Shown here piece by piece: positions 37,246 to 48,800 of a DNA stretch of 64,000 bases (the stretch's first letter is position 1; each line of letters opens with the position of its first letter). The notes beneath the pieces were generated by a model. The model was not told where the DNA came from and did not search any database. It saw nothing but the letters and a program-made list of their open reading frames with translations. Position numbers and translations under genes: made by a program. This DNA comes from Hormiphora californensis (taxonomy: Eukaryota; Animalia; Ctenophora), in the NCBI GenBank assembly GCA_020137815.1, contig CM035351.1, positions 62,001-126,000 on the forward strand, written 5' to 3'.

Positions 37246-40200
37246 TTAACGAGTGCAAACCTCGACCCTGCGAAGTGGTGTCCCCTGACCGGGTCTGCCG
37301 GGGAGGTGTCCAGTTATAGTGTTTGTGTTGAAATCAGCCCTCACCTCAATCCTCTGCTTTCCGTGTCTGTGGGATGTTATAAGGTCAATGATCGTAAACA
37401 TAAAGACGTGAAAAGTCTGACTAAATTCGGCATAAAATCAGAAATCCAGGGAAAATGCAGACAGCGGTTGAAAGACAGGCACATAACTTTGGGATTTAGG
37501 AGACAATATTATTTAGGAGTCACAGACGCAGGCAACATAACAAAATCTCACCTGCTAGAAAAACGGACCATGTGACGATCTCTGAAAAACGAAGACCAGT
37601 CGATTGGACTGTAGTCCCAAACAAGACATTTTAATACTACAGCTACTGTTATAGTACTCACGTTAGTTTGGAAGTCCTGACACCGCCAGTGGTCTGAATT
37701 TTAGAGGCTGGTTCCAGGAAACAACTGATGAATTCAGGGAGGGAGTGCCACAACCCCGTTCTCTGGTCACACCACTCCCAGGAGAACTCTCTAGCAGGGT
37801 CACGCAGCACGCTACTACAAGATAGATCAGACATAACGGACTGGAATGAAACTGTCTTGTGGATGAGCGGCTCCTGATCTGGCTTCGTACTGAATGAATG
37901 GGTGAGAGATGGGAGTGAGATGGGAGGGTGAGAGATGGGTGGTGAGATGGGTGGTGAGATGGGTGGTGAGATGGGTGGTGAGATGGGTGGTGAGATGGGT
38001 GGGTGAGATGGATGGTGAGATGAGTGTGAGATGGGTGGGTGAGATGGGTGGGTGAGATGGGTGGGTGAGAGATGGGTGGTGAGATGGGTGGTGGGATGGG
38101 AGGGTGAGATGGGAGTGAGATGGGTGAGTGAGATGTGTGGTGAGATGGGAGTGAGATGGGTGGTGAGATTGGTGGTGAGATGGGTGGTGAGATGGGTGGT
38201 GAGATGGGTGATGAGATGGGAGTGAGATGGGAGTGAGGTTGAAACATGTAGCTGGTTGAAGTGAGGGTGAGTAACAACTCAATGTAGCAGTGAGAGGGGT
38301 GGATCAAATAGAAGTACCTGTTCTGTAGAGCATTCTGCACACTAGGATGTCTCATAAAGGTCTTCTGCATTCTGTGATTATTGGAATCATACTTGACACT
38401 GTCTGAAGACACGTTCCTCCCTCGTGATGCCTGGAGAAATGTATAGGTGTTAGTTAATTGTGCAATGAGAGATATAGGTGCTAGTTAATTGTGCAATGAG
38501 AGATATAGGTGCTAGTTAATTGTGCAATGAGAGATATAGGTGCTAGTTAATTGTGCAATGCTATGTTCATCTATTGATAATAAGTTCCCTTCCTACACAC
38601 TTCACCCCACTACCCAGAGGGGGTTTTCCTCTGTTTCTCTAGTAGAAAGAATCTAACCACTCCTTTACCCACCTGCTCCCATATATTAAATTGGGTTTGA
38701 AAATATTACTCCCCAGGTGCAATATGGAGGGAGGGGCGGGGAGATATACGGAATTTTAACAGGGTTATTATAGTATTTAGTTACACACATTACCCCTCCC
38801 TAGACAGGGGTATCTTGTACCCTTCTACACGTCATATTGAACTTTACACTACACCTTTATAACTAATGCCACACAAGATCTCTGGTCACCGAATGACTTG
38901 TTACCGTCATCTATCATATTAAACTCTTCATCTCATGATCTAATACACGCCACCAACAAATAAAGATCCCTATCTAATTCTAACACATAGTCACATGGCG
39001 GTACTACCCCCCCCCCCCCCCCTCATGGTCATGACTCATTGTAAAGTTTCCAGGACACTTCCCAAAACAAAACATGAAATTCCAGACTGCGAATAAGGCT
39101 GGCAGTGGGTGCGCGCAGCACTGCTACTAACATCTTCTACTTTCATCTCTCACTAGGTCAATTACTATGGCCTGCGCGCCAAATACAAACTCCCCGCGGC
39201 ACAACTCCTGAAGTCTCCCACTCCATGGAGCTCCAGCCTCCAAGGTCTTTACTTGGTTCTGACTTCTAACAAAGCAGGTAGCAATGAGTTGCAGGCAGAA
39301 TGTCCTGACTCCCCCTCTAACAGCCCCCTATAAACTCACGGGTGTGTGTGGGACATGTCTGTGTCCCAGATGACTCTCAGAGATGTCCGGGGCAGTAGTA
39401 AACATCACACTGTTCTCAATCATTGTAGAATTAGACATGGGCGTAACGGCAGGGGTTTTGGGTGGTGGGGCTGGGGTGAAGAGTTGGTGAGGTTTCAGGT
39501 CAGGAGCAATGCATCGTCTAATAGGAAACTCTTCATTTATCTTGGGATCCACTAACACGAAACTGGGGGGAGGGGGATGAGAAATGTGGGGATTAGAAAT
39601 GAGGGGGTTAGAAACATATTGGGAAACTGGGAGGGGTGGAGGGAGGGCGAGAAACATATTGGGTAGGGCCAATTTTTGGCAAATTTCACAGTATCAGAAT
39701 AGGAGCAAGGAGGGGAGTATAACTGTATAACTAGAAATTTGTTTTGTTCAAACACAAAAGACGGTCTTATAGCTAGGCAACTAGAACTAAATACTCACTA
39801 TGGGTCAAAGTAGATCCAGTATGCTTGGTTATTGTATACAACAGTTACTCTAGTTTTACCCTCACTAAAGGCTCCCTCCATGATATCTATAGTATCGGGC
39901 TGGAAGCGGACCCAGACCGTATCACTTCCCTGGTGCTCCCATATAACACCACCTGTGGACGGGATAGTTTAGGGAGATATTGGATTAGATATTGGTTTAG
40001 ATATTGGGTATTGGATATTGGATATTGGATATGTTGGAACTTGGACACTGGACAGTGGACACTCTCAAAACCCATCAAATAGATGGGGGCGGGGGGGGGG
40101 GGGGGTGATATAACATGGTCAGTATTTATAGGATGCCCCCTCCTAACCTGATAAAGTTGCAGCCTTCTTGATGGTGGGTGGGGTAGGTGTGGAGGCTGCA

Positions 40201-43200
40201 TTGGGACTATTATCTACTGCACGTGTTGCAGGAGCAGCCCCTCTAGTAGAGACACCTGGGGATACCGTCCCTGCTGATCTTTGTATCCTCTGAACCTTTC
40301 TCTGTTTCCCAGTAGCTGTGTTTGTCTGTACTCTGCTCTTGGTGTTGACGCTGAACCTGCGGCGATATCTGCATGTTCAGTATTAGCATCATAGTGAACA
40401 ACAGTAGCGGGGGGGGGGGGGGGGAATAACATTCACATTGTAGAGAGGTGAAGAGAAAACTGAACCGGGGAAATATTACCAACACACACACACACACAAA
40501 CTGAAGCAGGAAGGGGCAGGGTACAGGAATGTTAAAGGGAGTATTACCTGGTATTGTCAATGTTAAGAATAACACAGGCAGTCCCATGTTGCAGGTAAGC
40601 AGTTTCTAGTTTACTGCTCTGCTCTGTTCCGTAGTCGCTCCATATATTGTCATCAGTCAGCCACTGCCACACTGGCACCTGCACCTGGTCAGAGAGAGAG
40701 TGGGTGTTAGAGGGGTAGTAGGTGGAGGGGGAGAGGATCTGTCAACCACTGCCACACCGGTACCTGCACCTGGACAGAGAGAGGGGGGTTAGAGGGTGTA
40801 CCTGCACCTAGAGAGACGGTGGGTTAGAGGGAGAGTGGGTTACTGTCAACCACTGCCACACCGGTACCTGCACCTGGAGGAAGAGAGGGGGGGTAAGAGG
40901 GGTAGTAGAGGGGGGTTAGAGGGCAGGTTAGAGGGAGATGGGGTTACTGGGTCAGCTGTGTGGAAGGGAGATCGGTTAGCTGGGTAGACACTGCACCTAC
41001 CTGTACAGTCACACTCTCTTCCCCCGCTGTTTCATATAACACCTACCTGTACAGTCACACTCTCTTCCCCCGCTGTTTCATATAATTTGTTGATTTCATC
41101 GACTGCAGGCATCCAGTTCCCAACGGGGCGGGATGCAGACCTCTTCACGATCTTGTCATAAACCAACTTGAACCTCCCTATCCTCCTGCTGGCTCCACTA
41201 GAGAGAGATTTAACTGTACAGGTCTGGAAGTCAACAAGGTATCCAGGATGGGCTGAATCCGCTCCTTTCATACTCATCCTGCTTTCACCACGCAGGTAGA
41301 TGGCATCAATAACTGGGGGGAGAATTAGAAATGTGAGGTAGGGGGGAGTGGAGAATTAGAAGAGTGTTGCTCCAGTGTTGCCATGGATACAATTAGTAGA
41401 GTTGTGTTTTCAGATTGTCCTGTAAACCACCCCCTGTTTAAAACCCCTGCTGTGTACCGGGAGGATTTGTTTTTAGCCCTACCTTCATTTTGTTTCGGAT
41501 CGTATGGGTACCAGTTATCGTTATCCCCCATCCAATGCCACATGAGAATGTCCTGACTAGAGGACATGACTTCTGGAGAGGGCAGATCGATCCAACCCGA
41601 GGGGAACACCCTGTTATAAACTGCCAACACCTCTTTAGATATTTCGTGAAATATCACATCACGTTCTATGGACATTATCACACGCTTTAACAAACCTAGA
41701 ACAAGAATGAAACAGATTTAGCTAACCTGAAACAGGAATGAAACAGTTCTTATATCACAGACCATTGGTTTTATGATCAGAAGTTTCCCAGTACTTACCG
41801 CTGTATTTCATAACTACACTTTGCAGTATTTGAGCGATCTGGCGGTGAGGTACCTTCCTCCCCTCTGTTAGATGCGGAGAGAGAACAAGACAGTCAACAC
41901 CCTGACTAGCAGCTCCAACGATTAGCAGGGCTATCTTCCTCTTTAGAAGGTGGGCTTCTTCTTTAGTTAGACTGGTACTATCTCTACCTTTCTTTAACTA
42001 AACGGGGGGGGGGGGGCAATTAGTTAGACTCGTACTATCTCTACCTTTCTTTAACTAGGAGAGGGGGGGGGGCAATTAGTGCAAGTAGCAAAAGAGCCAG
42101 ATAAAGTACATTGAGTAACAATTGAAACAGGGGAGATGGTATTGACTATAAAGTACCTTAGGTAGGGGAGTAACAGAGAAGACGTCAAATTACCTTAGGT
42201 AGGGGAGTAACAGAGAAGACGTCAAATTACCTTTGGTAAGGGAGTAACAGAGAAGACGTCGAGATGTTCAGGTTTCTGAAGGAGCATGTAGTTGCGTTGT
42301 TGAGATTCTCTGAACACAGCCACTCCACTGTTAATCTGAACCTCTGTAGGACCTAGCAAACCCAACTTGCCACTCCGCTTGTGGCTCTTTACAGCACTAA
42401 AACAGAGAGGGGAGTTACTACTGGTAGTGTGATACACAACTAATTGATTAATAATCACTCAATTTACAATTAGTCGCTAATTGCTCAGTGTCTCACACTA
42501 TAACTATATCTCCCTTCCCACTCACCCGTCTACATCGTCTACACAAGTGTAGTAGTTGCTACGTCGTATAAACTCTTCCAGCGGCCCAATACCCCCTGTC
42601 CTCCATTCTCCCCCGGGACTATCCGGGTGGGCGGGTACAAATACACCCGGCCGGTACCCACTCCTTTGCAGGTGGAGACACACCTAAATGATAGGGAGGG
42701 AGGCTGTTAGATATAAACTATATAGGGGAGGGAGGCTGTTAGATGGGGGGATGTTTGCTAGATTGTTGCACATATTGGACTATAGCAACTAATTCACCTG
42801 TATCGGGTCTGTATTAATGACATTGATCTCAGTGGACTTGTAACGTGGAAGGGGTGGCTCCTGAAGGACCCCCTTGTCCATTATAACATGTTTGGAGGTC
42901 TTATTGGGCAGGTGGACATGCCCCCCAGTGGTAGGTAGTGTATAATTCCCCCTCGTTACTGCCTCTCTGGTCCCCATCATAACACCCACTAACAGACTCC
43001 TCATCCTCTTTACCTGGTAACAAATAGAGTTCTGGAGTTCAGAGTTAGGAGATAATAGTGAGGGGACACACACGAGACAACAGTGTTGGTAATTTGGGAA
43101 GGTATTATAGGTCCATGGGAAGTATACCTTAGCATTAGCTTTATAGAACTCGAACCAGGTTCTCCATTGTTGGCTATCAACAGCGGACCAATCAGGTGAG

Positions 43201-43230
43201 TTCTGGTCTAACAAGACATTCTCCCAGCAC
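37246..43230 (-). CDS. Multi-exon gene: microbial-type PARG-like (DUF2263/TIGR02452-like) macrodomain followed by four WWE domains
   Basis: STEINVINTDPIQ|VCLHLQRSGYRPGVFVPAHPDSPGGEWRTGGIGPLEEFIRRSNYY, SGVAVFRES..LLQKPEHLDVFSV, LLKRKIALLIVGAASQGVDCLVL. WWEs: MWHWMGDNDNWYPYD (~41530), VWQWLTDDNIWSDY..RFSVNTKSRVQTNTATGKQRKVQR (~40680-40290), VIWEHQGSDTVWVRF..YWIYFDP (~39950-39800), FSWEWCDQRTGLWHSL..ADFNTNT..LRRV (~37790-37250). The links between 39800 and 38430 are not fully resolved. Confidence 0.75.
37897..38237. repeat. Intronic (GAGATGGGTGGT)n-like minisatellite
   Basis: Direct reading. Confidence 0.9.
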
Positions 43231-43345
43231 CTAGGAAGTTAGTATGAACTAATTGAGAAACAGTACCTGTATTAGGAAGTTATAATGAACTAATTGAGAA
43301 ACGGAGCATGCAACTAAATTACTTTTATCTAATCGACCCACTCAC

Positions 43346-45499
43346 CCCCTGCCCTGGTGCCCCAGCAACACCAGACACTAACCGTTCGAAGTCCTCCTGG
43401 ATTGGTGGTCGTCTGGTGGCCCTCTTGTTGCTATCTGTGAAGCTATAGAACTGTGTCTGATCAGCTCCAGGTGCTGTTAGGTCTGCATCCTCCCAGACAC
43501 TGCTATCTTTAGTGGAGTACCGACACCACCTCAACTCAGCTGTGTGAAGTGGGTTAAATTTCGGGTCTGAGACTCTCAGTTTGTTCAGACACTCAGACTG
43601 AGAGTCTGAACAAATCAACTTTGGAAAACTTTGGAAACACAAATTGATCAATATCTAGTTGGGACTGATCAACACCAGTAAAACAGCTCCAGCAACAGAT
43701 AACCTGTCAACTTGTAACTTGTAACTTGTCAACTCCTTACCAGATGTTGCTGCGGGAATGTTGTGGATAGAGGGAGGGAGGGCAGGCGGAGAGTTCACCC
43801 TGACATTAGCATTGGTTCTCTGAAACAAGGTAGTAAATCAGACAGATATACAATCAGACTTAACTACTAGATCTTGTTCCCAACAATTAACACCCAAACA
43901 AACAAACAAACAAACAAACAAACAAACAAACAAACAAACAAACAAACAACCAAACAAACAAACAAACACCCAAACAAACAAACAAACAAACAAACAAACA
44001 ACCAAACAAACAAACACCCAAACAAACCAAACAACACTCAACACCTCGTGTGTGAACCTACCAAGGGTGTGAACCTAGAGGGTGTCATTGCAGTTCCAGT
44101 GTTAACAACATCTCTCCTCTGGTGGGTGACCTGATAAACGGGTGCTACCTCCTCCTCTACAGTAGGGGTATATTGCTCCCTAACTACTGTACAATATTCC
44201 TGCTCATAGGAGGGCTCAGCAACAACTACCGGTGAGGGTTGCTTGGTGGGAGGGGAGCGGGGAGGGGGTTCGTGGTAGACAGAGGAACAATCTGTATAGG
44301 CCGTCTCATCGATCACTGGAGGAACGGGAGGGGGTTAGAACTAGGAGCAACAAGGGGGATGTTGTTAGAACTAGGAGCAACAATAGTAGATTATAGATAG
44401 TTCAAATCTTGACATTAACCTCTTCACTTATGAAACTAAGCGGTATAAGAATAAGTCTAAAGTCGTTACTTACAGTATTCCCCGGTTAGATGGTTAAATG
44501 TGTCATTAGTTTTGTGTTGTTCCTCGGTGTTGGGAGAGATACAGGAAATATCCTCCAGCGGCGTTTTTAGGGACATGTCGTATAGTGTCTGAGAGGTGGT
44601 GAGGGGTGAGAAGGGGTAGTGAGACAGGGTCGAACATTGCAAGGTGGTAGTTATTAGTCAACTCAGACCTTACTACATAACAACAAGAGGGGGGCAACTA
44701 AAAACAGGAAACGAGCTCAGTATACAGTAGTATACACCAAAAGAAAGGATTAACTGCAACCAAGGGCATGTACAAGGGGGGGGGGAGGGGGCACCGCAGT
44801 AACCCACCAGCAGGAAATGCACTAATATAGTACACATATATATTCAATAGTACAATATTACCACAGGCACCACTTCCAACTGTGTGTGGGCCCAACAAAG
44901 GTAGCTTTGAACAAGAACAGCTATAGCCATGATTAGGACTGACCTACTACTAATTATTAGTTAATTAATTACCTTTGTAGGACTGGTATCGTGCACGTTA
45001 TCTCCCTCTTCCTCTTCTCTCAGGGCCTCTGTGGTACTAACGAACATCCCTTCTCCACCCCCACCTCATATAGAAATATACCGGAATATTATATTGCGTT
45101 TATGTGTGTGTCTGTAACTTGTGTAAACACTCGTGGAAAGACACATAGGAAAGACATACTAAGGCACATTTTATATGCAGTGTGGTGAATTATTGAATTA
45201 CAACATTAAGAAATGTGTAAATTTACTACTAATATAACATATGTCCGGTAGTTACCTATTGTTTCATCTAAACTACTACTAATATAACATGTCTACACTA
45301 CACTAATATAACGAATAACATGTCCCGGGACTGTACCTATTGTTTCATCGGCCTCCTCCTCCTCCTGATCCTTAGTAGGGGTATATCTACCAGGAGTGAA
45401 GGCCTGGGTCATAGCAGTATCGTTTAGATTAGGAGGGATACTTTTAAATGTATCATCTTCTATTGCAGTCATCTCCTTTGTATCTACAGGACTTTCATT
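43346..45499 (-). CDS. Exons of unknown function (acidic and Tyr/Pro-rich), probably the 5' part of the PARG-like/WWE gene
   Basis: Open GT-AG exons, e.g. 45499-45338, ~45064-44973, ~44316-44062 (YHEPPPRSPP..YEQEY), ~43819-43741, ~43607-43346; mostly phase-compatible. Confidence 0.55.
43895..44035. repeat. (AAAC)n microsatellite
   Basis: Direct reading. Confidence 0.95.
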
Positions 45500-45850
45500 C
45501 TTGGAGGGGAAAACAGGGTAGTTGGTAGAGTATTGAGAGAATGGAAGGGGAGATCCAGGAGTGTTGTTATATTGGGATAGTTGGTAGATGGGAGTGTTGG
45601 GAGAATTGGAGGAGTGTTATATTGGGATAAAATAGTAGTGGCATTGAGTGTGTGTGTCAGTGCAAGTGTGGGTACATGTAAGAGTTATACTCCGGTGGCT
45701 GAACAGATCAATGCGCAATGAAACAATAAAGTGAAACAATGAAATGAAATAATGAATACAACTGTATTTAGATCAACTGTACAACAAGTACAACACATAA
45801 AACATGATAAATGAGGGACTGGTGAGGGATGATAACCAAGGAAACAAGAG

Positions 45851-48800
45851 TTATGTGAGAGATGAGTACACACTCTCTACCTCAATTTTCTTTTTTCCTC
45901 CTCCTACTGCAGCACCCTTCTTCCCCTTCTTCCCTCTCTTGCCACCCTGAGCCTGCAATTTCTCCGATTTTATCTGAAACAAAGAGATGATATCATTTTG
46001 ACACACGGTACCACTTAAGTTACAAATCAAGTAACCGGAGTAACTGCATGGAGAACTTACAAAAATCTTCCCGAAGTCAGCTCCTTCATAACGAAGTGGT
46101 TTTGTGTAGTTGGTGCTGTCAACTAATTCCTCCAGGGTGCACTGCATCTCTCCCAAGAAATCTGCCTTGGTAATGTCATCATTGTAATCATCTATATCCC
46201 AGACTTTGAAAATCAGCTCCTGCTCTTCAAATGGGTCATAATCCAGTGTTATAGTTTCCTTGAATTTGGGATTTAGCTCGTTATCGATACACTCTGTTCG
46301 GCCCAGCTGGATAGGAAGAAGGTGGTTAGTAACTTCTTGATTCAAGTTTCCACTGGTTACTAACCCCTCTTATCTTCCCCTTATTGATTGTTGCATGTCA
46401 TAGGGGAGGAGGCACATAGGTCCGATGCTGAGTAATGACAGAACACCTAGGGGTGGATAACCACGAGTCCTAAAAAGACTGGCTGTATTTTATGTACGGT
46501 GGCAAACGTGGGCTAAAGTGTGTAGTGAACCACTGAACATGCACCACTCTGCCTTCTATAGGCTTAGTGGAACAAACCAGTTGTAAATTATGCACTCAGA
46601 GTCCTTCAGTTCAACTCCCATTTTATGTTGTCCTGGCTAACTCTAGAGAGATCCAAATTCCTTGCTAGTGACTCATGTTACTACGGCCACAAATTCGTTA
46701 TAAAATCTCTTCTACCCAGCGCCAGCTGGAAGTGTAGTAGAGTCGGTTCGCCGCCTTTATTTCTAATGCTATGATTGTCTTGTCTGTGGAGTCACGCCTG
46801 CAGACGTAAATGCAGTGAAAGAAAAATAATGATGGAAAGTTTTTATAAGGATATTAGCCAAACGTTCATTGGAACTCTAAACTGTCGTACCTTACGTACA
46901 GTCGAACGGCAAGAGGAGCTGGCTTATAAGTTCTGCAATAGCAAACTTGGTGTACTCGCAATTCAAGAACATCGGATAGTGCATGCACCGGGTGAGGTTA
47001 TACGCATTACTCCGGCTGGGTCAGACTGCATCCTCTTAACATCTACAGCCGAGAGAAACCAGAGAGGGGCTTCAGTGGGGGGCGTGGGGATCGCCATGAG
47101 GGCGGCGGCGTGGAAGCTGATTACGGAGAAGGAGGTTGTTTCACCTCGCATCCTAAAGGTTACGTTTGCAGGAAACCCTCGTTTCACTGTAGTCTCTGTG
47201 TATTCACCAACTGAGGGCTACAGCAGAGATGAAGTAGAGAAGTTTCACCATGACCTAAGGGATTGTATAAACACTATCCCTGCCCACAATCTAGTGGTCG
47301 TGGCGGGAGATTTCAATGCGAAACTCGGCTGGTCGGATTCCCCCTCAGGATGGTACTACCACAAGAGCACTAGCCCTAATGGACTCTGTCTGAAGGAGAC
47401 TCTACGAGAGGCGAATATGGAGGTTGCTAATGTACGTTTTCAGAAACGGAAATGCCGCCTCTGGACACACCTTTCGGACGGTACTCTCAGTAAATCCACC
47501 AAGGACTATATACTAGTGCGTAGGAAATGGCGGAACAGTATCAAGGACGCCGATGTGTCTGAGATATTTAGTTCTCTCGGATCGGACCATAGGGCGGTCA
47601 CTGTTAAACTGAAGCTAACACTGCGGAAACGTAAAACACCCCCGGGGAGGACCTCTTACTGCTACGAAGAGCTGAAATCTAGCCCAGAACTGCAGGAGAG
47701 GTTCTCTGTGGAGGTGCATAACCGCTTCGCAGTGTTAGATTCAGCCATAGAAAACAGGGAAGATGCGACCGAGCGATATGGATGTCTAGTTGAAGCTGTT
47801 GGGCAGACGAGCAAAGCCCTACTGGGGAAGAAGCGAAAGAGGATCAGAGACGTGGTGGCTGATGATTTCAGGGTTAAACGAGCAAGGGAAAATGTGGAGA
47901 CTGCAAGCCAGCAGTACCATTCTGCCCCATCTGAGGAAACCTTGGATAGAATCGGAACCGCGAAGGAGGACTTACAGAATGCGTACCAAAATGTGCACTC
48001 TGAAATTCTGGAGAACAAGATTAGTAAGGTTGAGGTTGCTACTAAGCACGCCAAGACCAGGGAAAGCTGGAGGTTGATCAACGAAATTTCGGGACGACAC
48101 CAGCGAGAGCAAAGTCAGATTGAGGGTGACTCAGCCGATGATAGAGTTGAGATATGGTACAACCATTTCAAGACCCTACTTGGGACACAGGCTGAATCGA
48201 CTGATGGAGATCTGGAAATTCCGGAGATTCACCCTCCTGGCCCAATCGAAGTTGGCCCCTTTACCCGAGACGAGCTGAAGTCAGCGAAGTCTAGACTGAA
48301 GGAAGCCAAGGCGTTTGGGGATGACTCAATCCCTCCAGAAGTACTAAAGAGATGCGATGTAGATGACATTGTACTGGAGTTCTGTAACGGAGCACTAAAT
48401 GGGGAAGGAGTTCCGGATCAGTGGCGTGTAAGCAACCTGATCCCAGTCCCAAAAAAGGGCGACCTTTCAAAACCCGGAAACTACCGTGGGATAGCTCTGA
48501 CTTCGATTGTAGCTAAAACGCTAAATCGGATGATCCTCCACAGAATTAGGCCCCATGTGGAAACTCTGCTCAGTGATAATCAGAACGGGTTCAGGGAAGG
48601 CCGATCCACTACTAATCATGTTCTCACTTTGAGGCGGATTCTTGAAGGTGCGAGGGCAAAGAACCTTCCTGTTGCGATGGTATTTATAGATTTCTGTAAA
48701 GCCTTCGACAGCATCAACAGGAAATCTTTGATGAAGATTCTCAGAGCGTATGGGATCCCAGCACGGATAGTGGACCTTATATCTTGGCTCTACACAAACA

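Noticed and set aside
38443-38560. 31-bp repeat as another exon-edge copy
   Set aside because: It lies next to an acceptor but contains no exon sequence or splice dinucleotide junction.
41685-41748. Acceptor duplicate as support for the synonymous-only rule
   Set aside because: The copy reads GT TAG CTA vs the real GT TTG TTA, i.e. one nonsense change; recorded as a counter-example.
44506-44697. SH2-like domain (YVVRSE..YHLAM..GGYFL)
   Set aside because: The similarity spans probable intron sequence, and the splice-compatible frame reads differently (TLYDMSLKTPLEDISCIS).
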